NCBI RefSeq assembly: GCF_001194135.2
Contig: NC_069000.1
Coordinates: 9,172,372-9,236,371 of the forward strand
Origin: Octopus bimaculoides
Taxonomy: Eukaryota
DNA length: 64,000 bases
Reading direction: 5' to 3'
In this document: piece by piece, positions 14,585 through 26,521 of the stretch
How positions within the stretch are numbered: the stretch's first letter is position 1
Layout of the letters: every line of letters begins with the position of its first letter
Notes under the pieces: generated by a model
The model's input: only the letters and a program-made list of their open reading frames with translations
What the model was told of the DNA's origin: nothing
The model's database searches: none
Translations under genes and position numbers: made by a program

Positions 14585-14765
14585 TTTGGGGAGAAGGTAA
14601 GTTGTTTACATCAACCCCAGTACTCAACTGGTACTTATTTTATTGACCCTGAAAGGATGAAAGGCAAAGTCAACCTCAGAGGTATTTGAACTAAGGACAT
14701 AAAGACAGATGAAATGCTGCTAAGCATTTTGTCTGGCACAATAATGCTTCTGCTAGTTCACTCCT
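14585..14765 (-). mobile_element. tRNA-derived SINE with ctttcatcctttc.gggtc.ataaa.taagtaccag core; relatives at about 3320-3470(-), 33775-33935(+), 36115-36230(-), 37940-38130(-), 52035-52095(-)
   Basis: Same core (actggtacttattttattgaccctgaaaggatgaaaggcaaagtcaacctc on the + strand) repeated across the window. Confidence 0.85.
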
Positions 14766-15095
14766 TTACAATAATAATATTGAGACCATATACAAGTTTT
14801 AAAACAATGAAATTGATTATCTTCCAAAAAAGGTTTTGGAGATAAATTAAAGGTTGACATGGGGGGTGTTTTTCAACAAAAGCCATTTGATCCAAAGGTA
14901 AAAACACATTAATACGACAATACTAAAATTTCATGGCAATTTTCAAGTAAAAATATACATACATGCATACACATATAATTATATATATCTGTAAATAAAT
15001 TATTAAATGCACACAGGAATACCACAAGCAAACATGCAATAAGCTAAGGAGCACCACCAATGAGACAATACTGCAGAATAGTTCAAAATCAATAC

Positions 15096-15833
15096 CCTCT
15101 TCTTTGCTTCAACAACTTTTTTTTTCTTTCGCAATATATTGCCTCGGAAATTGGCCTGAATTTTCAAAGCTGCTGCGGCAACATCGGGGTCACCTAGATC
15201 AATGTCAACCTCTTCAGTTTCTCCTTGTGTTTGAGGCACTGTTTCAGCATTTTGTACTTTCTCAATTTCTTTCTTGGAATTTGCATCCTCTTCTACAACC
15301 TTTTCCTTGTTTTCAGCATTATCATCGGTCTTTTCATTACTCTGACTTTCTTTAGCTGTCTGTTCAGCTTGGTTTGGCAACATTTCATTGGTTTTCATTT
15401 TTGTATATTCACCATCTTCAGCTTGAGCAGCTGGTGGAGTTTNNNNNNNNNNNNNNNNNNNNNNNNNNNNNNNNNNNNNNNNNNNNNNNNNNNNNNNNNN
15501 NNNNNNNNNNNNNNNNNNNNNNNNNNNNNNNNNNNNNNNGGTTTTCATTTTTGTATATTCACCATCTTCAGCTTGAGCAGCTGGTGGAGTTTCAACTGCT
15601 TCTTGCTGTTCTTTGATACTTTCTTTTACATCAGTCTTTTCTTCAGTGTCAGCCACAACGGAATGTTCTTCATCTACTTCAGTTTTCTTCTTCTTGTAGC
15701 CACGAAAGCCAGATTGTATTTTGAGAGCAGCTGCTTCAACTTCAGGATCATTTAAGTCAATGTCAATTTCTTGTTCTTTTGAACTTTCCTTATTTGACAC
15801 TTGAGTGACATTTGGGGAAACTGGTGAGGTATC
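15096..15833 (-). CDS. IQ-gene exon D: acidic E/K-rich linker with two IQ motifs (IDIDLNDPEVEAAALKIQSGFRGYKKKK; VDIDLGDPDVAAAALKIQANFRGNILRKKKK)
   Basis: Branch point ctactaac plus cttttag acceptor at 15834; starts GAT ACC TCA (phase 0); open across the gap; candidate donor AGG|GTATTG at 15096, otherwise reads on to TAA at 15003. Confidence 0.9.
15443..15539. other. Assembly gap inside exon D, flanked by an identical 53-bp duplication
   Basis: 15390-15442 is identical to 15540-15592. Confidence 0.95.
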
Positions 15834-17429
15834 CTAAAAGGTTAGTAGAGAATAAATATAATGTAAAAACAAGCAGTCTCATAAGCATATGACAACCAAA
15901 AGTCTGTAATCTACATTATCAAGAATGTTATTAACTCAACAGTGATTAGTACAAATGCAATGAAATAACAGTTTGTAAATCCAAAACTCAAAATTCAACA
16001 AAAGGAAAAATTAACATTTTAAGAAATCAACATTCATCCCATATGTTTATCTTAGAGAGATAAACATAGAAATTCTTAACGGATGACTACATAAAATGTA
16101 TGGTTTTGAAACATGATTGAAGGACCAGTAATCACCAAGTATCTGTTGCTTTGAACATTGCAAGATATTATAAGATTATTTGAGGATTAAGTCAAAGAAC
16201 TGTTACCCAAATAAACTTCCGAGAAATAATTAGCAAAAGGTGTTTTAAGAATTCCACAAAAAAAAATAATAATAATTTCAAGACTTGGGAGAATTTTAGT
16301 TCATGACAGCATGCACAATGAAGGAATTGTCAAATTAATTAGCTTAGTTTCTGATACTTTAGTCTATAATGATGACAACATAATCATTATCAAGACTACT
16401 TTCCTGCATGCAAAGGCTGATAATTAAGTTTTATCCACTTAGTCTTGATAGTTGCTAAAACCTAATCTTAACATACTACTAGAAAAAACAAAATGTATAA
16501 ATAAACGTGATATTCTTGAATAAAATAACAAATTTTTAGAATCCTAAAAAGCAGCTGAAAGATCTGCAACTTTATAGGGGATTTTAAAGAACTTTTAAAT
16601 CTGTTTAAAGAATTGGTGTTCTTTGTACAACAGTACAGTTGCTGACTCTGGGAAAATGATCGATGAGAAAGATGAGGATATTTAAGCAGCAACTGCTGAT
16701 TTAATTGTTAAAGTCTTAGACTACTGACTTGATAGACCAAGAGATCAAATTAGGCTATAAATACATTACTCTCCCTGCATCACTTCAAAGAGGTGCACTG
16801 CTCATCATATCTTATCCCTTCATAGGCTACAAAAGAGGGATAACTAAATAAGTAGAGTTAATTTTTAACTTGAATTACTATAGCTAAAGATGGTAGGAGG
16901 GAGATGGGAATCTTGTGGAGGAAAGTGTGTGTTGAAATGGATTGGATAAAATGTTTGGTGCAAAATCATTGAGGTTGAGTTTGAAAGGACAGGAGAAAGG
17001 TGCATCAAATTAGATCTAAGTGGAGATGATATTAGCAATCACAGAACAATAAAGGTCAATGTAGTGGTGGTAGAAAAGAGCACAAGAAAGGATACAGCTA
17101 GAAAGAAGATCCATCCTTACATTAGTAAGGGTGACTTAGTTTTCCTTAAGATAAATGCTTCCTAAAATGTGTCAGTATGGAACTCAATCAACCTAGATAT
17201 GTGAACAATACTTTAGTGTAATATTATTATTATTATTATTGCTGCTGTTGTTTACATTATTGTTGCTCTGTTTTATACAAGCTGCTCCAAGTCTCACCCA
17301 GAAACTTCAAGTAACAGCAAGTTAAATGTTTTACTATGAGTGTTATTCATGATTGGAAATGATATATTGTACGAGAAGGAAACCAGAATCGGAAAACTAA
17401 ATTCTGTTATAACCATCATCATTATTATC

Positions 17430-17995
17430 AGGGTGGTGGATAGGCAGAATTGTAAGAGCATCAAGCAAAATACCTTACAGTATTTCTTCCAGCTCTGAGT
17501 TTAAATAATACAGAGGTCAACTTTGCATTTTATCCTTCTAGGAGTTGATAAAATAAAGTACCAGTCAAGTACTGGGATTGATGGCACTAACTATCCTCCT
17601 CTCCTCAAAACTGCTGGTCTTCTACTAGAAATCATTATTAAGGCAGCAAGCTGGCAGAATCATTAGCATGTCAAACAAAATGATTAGCAGCGTTTTCTCC
17701 ATCTTTACATTCTAAGAACAAATGCTGTCAAGATTGACTTTGATTTTCATCCTTTTGCGGGGCCAATAAGATAAGTACCAGTCAAGTAATCCCCCATAAT
17801 AGTAGAAAGGATTATCATTATTATTAAGGCGATGAACTGGCAGAATCATTAGCATGCCAGACAAAAATGCTTAGTGGCGTTTCATGTCTTTATGTTCTGA
17901 GTTCAAATTCTACTAGGATCAACTTTATCTTTCATACTTTCAGGGTCAATGAAATAAGTACCAGTTGAGTACTGGAGATGATGTTATCAAATAAT
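17430..17995 (+). mobile_element. Three head-to-tail copies of the taagtaccag-core SINE
   Basis: Three successive ggcagaat..gataaaataagtaccagt units, each preceded by an attatta tract. Confidence 0.85.
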
Positions 17996-18762
17996 GGTTT
18001 CTCAAATTAACAAAATGCTATAAAGGATTATAATCAACTGAATTGGCACTTGTATGTACGAGATACTTATTTTAATAACCCAAAGTAGATAAAATGTAAA
18101 TTGATCCCAGCAAAATTTCACTTATTATTTTGAGGTACAAAACTGAATTCTGTAAGGTATTTAATCCGGTGCTCCATCATTTTTTTACAATTCCACCACT
18201 CTCAAATGGTAACTAGAGATTATATTGATTTCTGTCTAAAAATTATTTTAAACGAAGATGTACTGTTCATAATCAAATATACCACAATGTTACAATTTTA
18301 TTTATTTCACTGAAACTAGAGAGATGAGGGAAAAAAACAAAAACAACACCCCACCCTCAAAATCTGAAGTTGGTTCCATTGGGAATTGAAATGAGAAACT
18401 CGAACCTCTCATCTGCCTGTACAATGATTAGGCTACTTCCATCATCTGATAACTAGAACGTGCAGTACTTACAGTTTTCAGTTTTGTTACTTCCATACTT
18501 TTCTCTTAACAATAGATTTCTATAGCTTAGATTGTTCACAGTTTTTTAGCAACATATACTGCCAAGAATATGAATAGGTTCCAATCCATCAAAGGATGAT
18601 ATTATCAACATGAAGATAAGTGAGAGCAAACTTGTGAGAATGACAAGAATATTCGATTCAGAAGGATAAATCTGTTGACTTAGGACATCTTTCCTTTAAA
18701 TAGATTCAATTAAAATAAGAATTTTAAAAAAACAAAATTTTAATTGGCTGGTCTAATCCTAC

Positions 18763-18924
18763 CTTTTTCAATTCTTTCACATGTTGCCTAGCTATATGAC
18801 CACGAAAGCTAGCTTGAATTTTGGTAGCTGCAGCAATGGTCTCTGGGTCAGTTAGATCAATGTCAATATTTGTACTGTTATCAATAACTTGTAAGACATG
18901 CCTGCTTTCAGGTGTTTCATTAAG
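18763..18924 (-). CDS. IQ-gene exon C (54 aa): LNETPESRHVLQVIDNSTNIDIDLTDPETIAAATKIQASFRGHIARQHVKELKK
   Basis: Acceptor ttatgttgcctatag, donor AAG|GTAGGA, 162 nt, phase 0-0, neurogranin-like IQ. Missed by the ORF track because it has no start codon. Confidence 0.88.
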
Positions 18925-19049
18925 CTATAGGCAACATAAATAAGCATGCAATTAGTCATAGTAATGTGTTTATGAAGCTAATACCAGATGGTGACACCAA
19001 ATTGTCAGAACATTTTGGAAGAAAATTAAAGATTATCATATACATACAC

Positions 19050-19105
19050 ACATATACATGTCTATATAGACATATACACACACACAGACACACATATGTA
19101 CATAC

Positions 19106-19185
<80 letters not shown>

Positions 19186-19270
19186 GTTATACACACACAC
19201 ATCTATATGAATACACATACATAAACACACACTCTCTCTCTCTCTCTCACACACACAATATATATATATG
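19050..19270. repeat. Compound (CA)/(TACA)/(TA)/(CT) microsatellite
   Basis: Direct inspection. Confidence 0.95.
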
Positions 19271-19838
19271 CTTGCTGCTTCGCAACCACATAGTCTTAGA
19301 ATAAGTCCCTTTTACAACATTTTAGGCAAGTGTTTTCCATAGCTTTGGCTAATTAATATCTTAGGAGTGAATTTGATAGATAGACACTGTGCAGTGGCCC
19401 ATCATATATACATGTATATATGTGTGCATTTCTGTATACACACACACACACTGTGAATTCTCCCTATATATATACATATATACATATATACACATATATA
19501 TACACATCATATAGACATATATATGCATATACATACAGATATACATGTATATAGACATATATATGTATACACCACTCACACACACATGCACAAACATATG
19601 AAATGCAGTACCAGTACTCAGCTGGTACTTTTACAGCTGAGTAGACTGGAGTAATGTGAATTGAAATGCCTTGTTGAAGGACACGTCATGCCATCTGTGT
19701 AATGGATTGAATGCACTACCATATGATCATGAAACGAAAACTGAAACTACCAGGCCACATGCCTTCACACAAACATTTATATACATGCATGAATATATAT
19801 ATATTTATATACTTATATACATGTATAANNNNNNNNNN

Positions 19839-19874
<36 letters not shown>

Positions 19875-20309
19875 CAAGCATATATACAAAATATATTTTT
19901 CACACACACAAACACACACACACAAATACATGTACATAACCTCATTACTCACACACAAGCACACAGAGGTTTTGATTTTGTAGTACAAAAACATAACAAC
20001 CACACAATAGAACTTTGTCTTGAGATGCTGTAACATCTGATATGTGTTTATTTATGTATACAAAACATGAAAATACATCCTTGAACCATGGTTTTTTTTT
20101 TCTCAATCATACTTTTTGTTGACTGTGTTTGTGAACAGGTTGAAAAGAAAAGAAAGAGAACGACTGTTAGCAGTATAAATGCTGAAAGTGGTATAAGCGA
20201 TATGCTTTCTGATAAGGGAAAGAAATGTTTTGCTAGACTGGTTTTTAAATGAAGGCTGTAAAATTGGTTATACTATATCACATTTTTCTTACAAGGGAGG
20301 CCACTAGAT

Positions 20310-20850
20310 GATGATGGCAAGTAACTGACTTCTGTAAAACCAATGCTGCAAACCATTTCCTCTCCCTAAGCAGAAAATATTTCTCAAAAGGCCACAAATT
20401 CCATGTAAATGTGACATAATATTGGGCTACAAATAGCTAGCTGCATGAAAAACAGGTCTTGTGCCTTAAGAAGCCACAATGCAAACACTGCAAACAAGAG
20501 CAGAATGAAGCAAGCCATGTAATTACTGAAATATCGGGCTCTGACCCTCATAGGGCAAATGAGTACTAACAGGTATTTTATAGCATGTTTTCAACAGTAA
20601 GACATCAACATAGTACATAAGGTTTATAGAGCTCTCCTTCAAAAGTTGCCTGGACAAACACAGCAGCACGTTTCAAAAATATTACAGCGCTTTTAAAGCA
20701 TATTTGGAAATTGAGAGACAAAGGGGAAGCAAGCAACAATCAGTTTTAGATAAGGCACAAACATTTAGCAACATATCAAAGTGCTATGAGCTTATTTTAC
20801 AGGTAAATTGTAGATCAGGCACCACTCTACCCCAATCTTGAAGGAAAAAA
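20310..20850 (+). mobile_element. Decayed Penelope-like element, C-terminal/GIY-YIG-adjacent region
   Basis: Fragments translate as TNAANHFLSLSRKYFSKGHKFH, SCMKN, KHIWKLRDKG and SVLDKAQTFSNISKC, resembling the Penelope-like ORF C-terminal pattern; frameshifted. Confidence 0.65.
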
Positions 20851-21236
20851 CAAGACAAAAAACAAAACAACCTTAGTTTGATATATTGACACAGGTTCAA
20901 ATTCTTCTGCTTGAATTTCAAAGATGTATGATGAATAACAAGATGATAATTGACTTCAATAATTTCCTGTACTTGCAGCACTTAGACTGCCAACAGATAT
21001 TCTCTGACTTTTCTTTCCAATCCACTGTGAGCATCATAACCCAATAGTTGTAGTGTATTCTAAATCTTCTTTCAGATGGTGTTTGTGACATTTGTGCATA
21101 TAGCAGTAGCAGCATCTCAGATATGTGAACAGTACTCTGATGTATCTAAGCTTTCTAGATGCTCAATAGGTGAAATAGTTTCTAGACCTGAAAAGGAAAC
21201 CTTGTCTCTGGGGTGCAATTTTTTCAACCTTGTATC

Positions 21237-21239
<3 letters not shown>

Positions 21240-21311
<72 letters not shown>
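21240..21311. repeat. (GA)n microsatellite
   Basis: Direct inspection. Confidence 0.98.
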
Positions 21312-21314
<3 letters not shown>

Positions 21315-21399
21315 CTCAATACAAATTTTGATGTCAATTATTTGTTGAAATTTTGAAGACGTTAGTTGTTGTTTTTATGTAAATCTTGGTTATCTTAAT

Positions 21400-23500
21400 C
21401 AAGCAGATCTATGACAAATAAGTTGTCAGTAAAAGATTAGGTGAAATTCTCAGAAATACTTCTCTTTTTGGTGGAAGACCATACTGTGCATTCTAACATG
21501 CAGTGGTTTATTGTATGGTGTGTCGTTTGGCAGCCTGGGCATGCTACATCTTTCACTACACACCAGTCATTTGCTTGCTGTTGAAGCATACCATTGTTGC
21601 TTGAAATTATTACTGTGACATGGAATGTGTTGCTACCGTTGCCAAAGTTATTGATATTGCTAATTACTTTGCACAGTGTTCAACTGCTTCTTTTGTGATT
21701 TAAATTGAATAGAAATATTCAATAGTTTTCTGATTTCTTTGATTTGTTTCTTGGTTTCAGCTTCTTGGTGTGGAGTATTAATTATTTCTGTTGTGTGTAG
21801 TATTGGTGTGCACTGAGGTTGGTTATTTTGGATGTATAATTACAGTTCTATATTTTATGATGCATTTTTGCAATATGCTTTTTGAACTTTTACAATTATT
21901 TTGTTGAGTGCTGCACAGTGGGGTCTACATTGCTATGTATGGTGTTGTGGTACCAATGAGCCAGATGCATAAAGTTATGTATCTATCCAGATTGAGCCAG
22001 TGTATCTTGTCTTAGGGCATTGTGAATATCATGTGTTATGTTTAGGTGCTTTTTATTCAGTCTTTACTCTTTATAATGCAGTGTTTAGCTTTCTTTGTGT
22101 CATGCAATTAAGAGGTACATCACCAATTTTAGTTGTTCTCTCTATTTTGTGAGGGAAATGATTGAGATGGGTGTCTTGGTTAATTTTGATGCTTAGTACT
22201 GTATGAGGTGAGATTGCTTTGAGGTCATGAACTATTGTTGGAACATAATGGATGCATTCTTGATATGTTTTGTCATGTTGTATTTTGTTGTTTTTGGTTA
22301 CATTTAAATCAGGCTTGTTTTGTTAAAACTTTTTCATGTTTTTTGTTAGTATTTATTAGACTCCTATCTTTCTAATTTACAATATGTTTTTAATACAGCC
22401 AACACCAATGATTTTTCTCAACAATGGTTGATTTTTATGCTTGTTTGTTTTATTGTGCCAACTTTTCAATGTTCCTGTCATGACTATACTATTTTTTTTT
22501 TCTGACATAATGCATTCAGGGTTCGGTAAATCTTTTACTGTTTAAGATAACAGGGTGTGATTTGAGGGAAATTAAGCTGCTAATTCTAATAACAAGTCAA
22601 GTAGCTGCATAAAAGCTCCCTCAACATGAGTTGAGTATTGTAGGGTGTCAGTCAAGACTGTTTCCAGAAGTGTAGTGAGTGTTTCTTGTGACATCTTAAG
22701 AAGATGAAGCTAGTTGCTCTCAACGAAAGTTGTCTTTGAGGTCTTTGTTCATGTAAGCAGTGTATGTTTTGGAAAGAGGTGTCTACCTTATGTGTGGATG
22801 TTGCCCATCATGTAAAGTTAAGAAAGAGTTAAAGATGATATCCTTTGAGTTAGGAGTGTGTGTAGTTAGAAAATCAAGCAGTCATTAATGTGCAAATGTG
22901 TGTGGAAGACAGTTAAACCTTGGAATATACCAAAGTTGACAGAGTGTCAGTTAGTGTGAGCTCAGTCAATGCAGGCTATCAAGAAATTTCTATTCCAAGA
23001 ATTAGAGATGGCTAAAATTTATGGGCAGGTCTCCACATCAGATATGGTTAAAGGCTTTGCTAATGGTAAGAGCAACAATATTGCTGTCACCAAAGTTTTC
23101 AGGAATGGAAGATCTTTGATATAGGAAGGAATTCAAATCCCCAGATTCATTGATTGAGAAAAGAGAAGAACTCAAGACAAAGAAGGAAGTTAATGGTAAC
23201 AACTATTTACATCCCCTTTGAGATGTTTGAAGTGAGGGTAACAGGTCATTAGTTGTGTTTTTGGCAATAGGACACACTGTTAAATTTCCTTAAATTCAGA
23301 CAACTCCTTGTAAAGAGAAAAATATTGGAGAGTTTGGCAAGTACAGTACTGAGCACATTGTTTGATATAAATGACAGTGCTACATAGAATGAGGAAGTAG
23401 AGTTAGAAATGAGTTTGGTTGTGTATGTGCAGTGTAAAGTCAGAAACAAAATGGTTTCCAAATACAATAGTTTGATCAGGAGGAACATACAATCAGCAAC
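21400..23500 (-). mobile_element. Heavily decayed non-LTR retrotransposon remnant(s), clade uncertain; carries a small inserted repeat at about 22530-22625
   Basis: Minus-strand fragments LAKLSNIFL (pre-RT), IVALTISKAFNHI (ALD..KAFD), GIFQG..HIND (QG..IND) and LRKIIGVGC occur in RT order. Confidence 0.6.
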
Positions 23501-25834
23501 GATATCAAAGCTTTTATATGGTTAAGCAACAATATGCACGCAAATGGCATTAAAAAAGTTGGCAGCTATTATTGAGATCTTAGATTGTGTAAATATCTTA
23601 TCAGTGTGAACTAGAAGTGAGCACGCAATATATTTGGCATCAGCATTGTCCCAAAGAAAGCACAGTTAAATACTTTGTTAAATAAAACTTGTACTGGGAA
23701 TAGAATAACTTACATACGCACAACCATGCAACATTCATAAAACCTGCGAGATCAAATGGTCAGCATGAACCCTGTCAGTCAACAATATCAGTTAACTGAT
23801 TACCAATTGTTTAACCACCAGCTATGAAAGAGATGTACAAATTACTTACTGGTGGGTGATGCGTACATCTTTCCTTCTTCATGGAAACGTTTGTGTGCAA
23901 CACTTATAAGCTAACAAATAATAACGCTTATAACACTGAACCATATTTTCCCATTTAACTATAAGTTCGTGGATTGAACTGGCAAAAAATAAAGAGCAAG
24001 GTGGTCGACCATCTGTTACTCTTTCCTCTCTCTCCATAGACAAACTACAAAATAACTTGTAAATATTTTCTGTTATGTGGTATATTAGAGGCCTATTCTT
24101 CCCGTTTGTTTCATTCACCTAGATTATAAAGTCATAACACTGACTACCTGTTGAGTCATTGTGCATTCTAAATGATTAGATATATTGCTTAGATAAACTA
24201 AATTTCACTGTACAAGTGTTCATGTGTGTCTACTATAAACGTTTACATATACACACTCTTTATGTACATGTACACCCTAAATATTTGTGATGTTTGCCAA
24301 CTGTTTGCTAAAGAATGTAATGAAGGGAAATATATTGAAATTCTAATAATACATGGTGCATGGTAGGCAAAAATTTAAATGGAATCCACTGAATGAATTT
24401 CTGATTATATTTTCTCCTTTTCTCTTTCCCTTTATTATCTCCTACTCATGTTATTCAGCTGATATTATGGATTCATTTTAAAAGGTAAAATATATTTAGA
24501 TTGACAATAGTCAACATGACTCAATACTAACAAAACACGCTAACAAATAAACTACATGCAATTCTGTACCAGGAGAACATTTTAGAATAAACATTATTGG
24601 CTGTTCCCTCCATGTTGTTTTGCAGTCATTTTTCTTTCTTTCTTTCTTTCTTTCTTTTTTATTTTGTTAAATAACAAATACAATAAACAGGACAAAGGCT
24701 CATTGAATAATTGTTTTCCCTGAATGTCTCACATATACAATACAAGGAGAGATGCTAGCTAAAGGATAGATACATTCTTTGAGAATTTTATTCTCGGACT
24801 ATTGTGCTGTTAGTTAATAATAATGGCATTGTTATTTCCTATCAACTGTGATTACTTCTACTGGAGAGAAAAATGTTAACTCAGAAAGAGAGTGACATTT
24901 GTGTGCAAGAGTTATTCAGAATATGCTTATTACAAACCTTTTGAAAGTATATATTTGTAAGCTGTGGTGACATAGTTTACTGAACCAACTCTTGTCTGTT
25001 ATTGCTTATACTTATTGAGATTAAATAGAAACAAAGTTAATCCCAGCAGATTTTGAACTTGGAACAGGGAAGTGTTGGACTACATAAAGCGAAGTATTTC
25101 ATCTAACATTCCACTTTTGGCTATGCCTGCATGCTTATATGTAGGAGTGTGTACATGCATATACAAACATAGATTTATAGGCACAAGTATATGTAGAGAA
25201 TGTTCATTAGTCGTAGCAATAAATATGTAAATAAAGATACTTGAATCTTTCAATAGGTAAAAAAACAATGACTATGAAAGTATGCCTATATATTTAAGAT
25301 AATCTTCTTGTTTATCAGTTTCCTTTCGGTCATTACTTTTACAGTGTCAATACTACCTTTAACTAAACCATCATTTTTTTTTAATATACATTTCTGGAGT
25401 TCCCTTTGACCATGGATGTGACCAAGTTAATGTAGTCTGGTCTACAGTATTTTGGGGAATATATGTAACATTAGAACTAGTTTTCACTACTACCAAGCAT
25501 TTTGTGCATATTTCATTATACAACAAATGAACACATGTAAAAACATGCAACACACAACATCCACCCACACACAACACATCCTCACATGCACATTACGTTG
25601 TAGAACATTTCTTCCATCATTTTGATTGTGAATTACATGGTCTCAACACCTTCTGAGTGTATGTTTTTGTAGCAATGCCAAACAGTATTACTGCAATCAC
25701 ATTTTTGATCTCTTGTCTGGGAAAACATCCTGTCAAACCTTCTTAATGGTGTCATGTAGCTATCTTCCTTTTACCATTAGATAAAGATAATCTTTTCTTT
25801 GGTATTTGCTTACACCTTTCCTACATATACAAAT

Positions 25835-25854
25835 CTCTCTCTCTCTCTCTCTCT

Positions 25855-25888
<34 letters not shown>
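25835..25888. repeat. (CT)n(AT)n compound microsatellite
   Basis: Direct inspection. Confidence 0.95.
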
Positions 25889-25890
<2 letters not shown>

Positions 25891-26065
25891 TTCGAACTGA
25901 GGATTTTGCTCCTACTCAAGTTCCAGGTTCCATAATCTTTCAGTAACTTGAAAGATCATATAGCATGAAATGTAAGTAGTGGCCAAATCCTCAATTTAAA
26001 TAAATTTATGAATAAACTCTATGCTATGTATTAAGTATTATCTTCTTCTGTTTAAAAACTGTAAT

Positions 26066-26521
26066 CATCATCATNNNNNNNNNNNNNNNNNNNNNNNNNN
26101 NNNNNNNNNNNNNNNNNNNNNNNNNNNNNNNNNNNNNNNNNNNNNNNNNNNNNNNNNNNNNNNNNNNNNNNNNNNNNNNNNNNNNNNNNNNNNNNNNNNN
26201 NNNNNNNNNNNNNNNNNNNNNNNNNNNNNNNNNNNNNNNNNNNNNNNNNNNNNNNNNNNNNNNNNNNNNNNNNNNNNNNNNNNNNNNNNNNNNNNNNNCA
26301 GAGAGTGTAGTGGGTGCTTTTACGTGTCACCCTCACGAAAACGGCCACGCTCGAAATGGTGTCTTTTATGTGCCACCCGCACAAGCCAGTCCAGGGGCAC
26401 TGGCAACGATCTCACTCGAAAATCCTACGGGAGCCAGTCAGGCGGTACTGGCAATGGCCACGCTCAAAATGGTGCATCTCATGTGCCACCCGCACAAGAA
26501 CCAGTCCAGGGGCACTGGCAT
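26066..26521 (-). mobile_element. Young (CAT)n-tailed SINE with internal duplication, partly in gap 26075-26298
   Basis: 26299-26366 matches 63933-64000 with one mismatch; internal ggccacgctc..ccagtccaggggcactggca unit occurs twice. Confidence 0.9.

Noticed and set aside
15225-15755. 176-aa hydrophobic plus-strand ORF (also 15104-15355, 15374-15616, 40688-40987)
   Set aside because: Antisense shadows of the real E/K-rich or IQ exons; no independent signals.
20139-20255. Plus-strand acceptor then VEKKRKRTTVSS
   Set aside because: Superficial homeodomain/NLS likeness only; it stops after 38 codons with no good donor.
23850-23910. 61-nt minus-strand segment with a good acceptor and GTAAGT donor
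   Set aside because: Frame-shifting and adjacent to a LINE remnant; a poison exon cannot be excluded but has no support.
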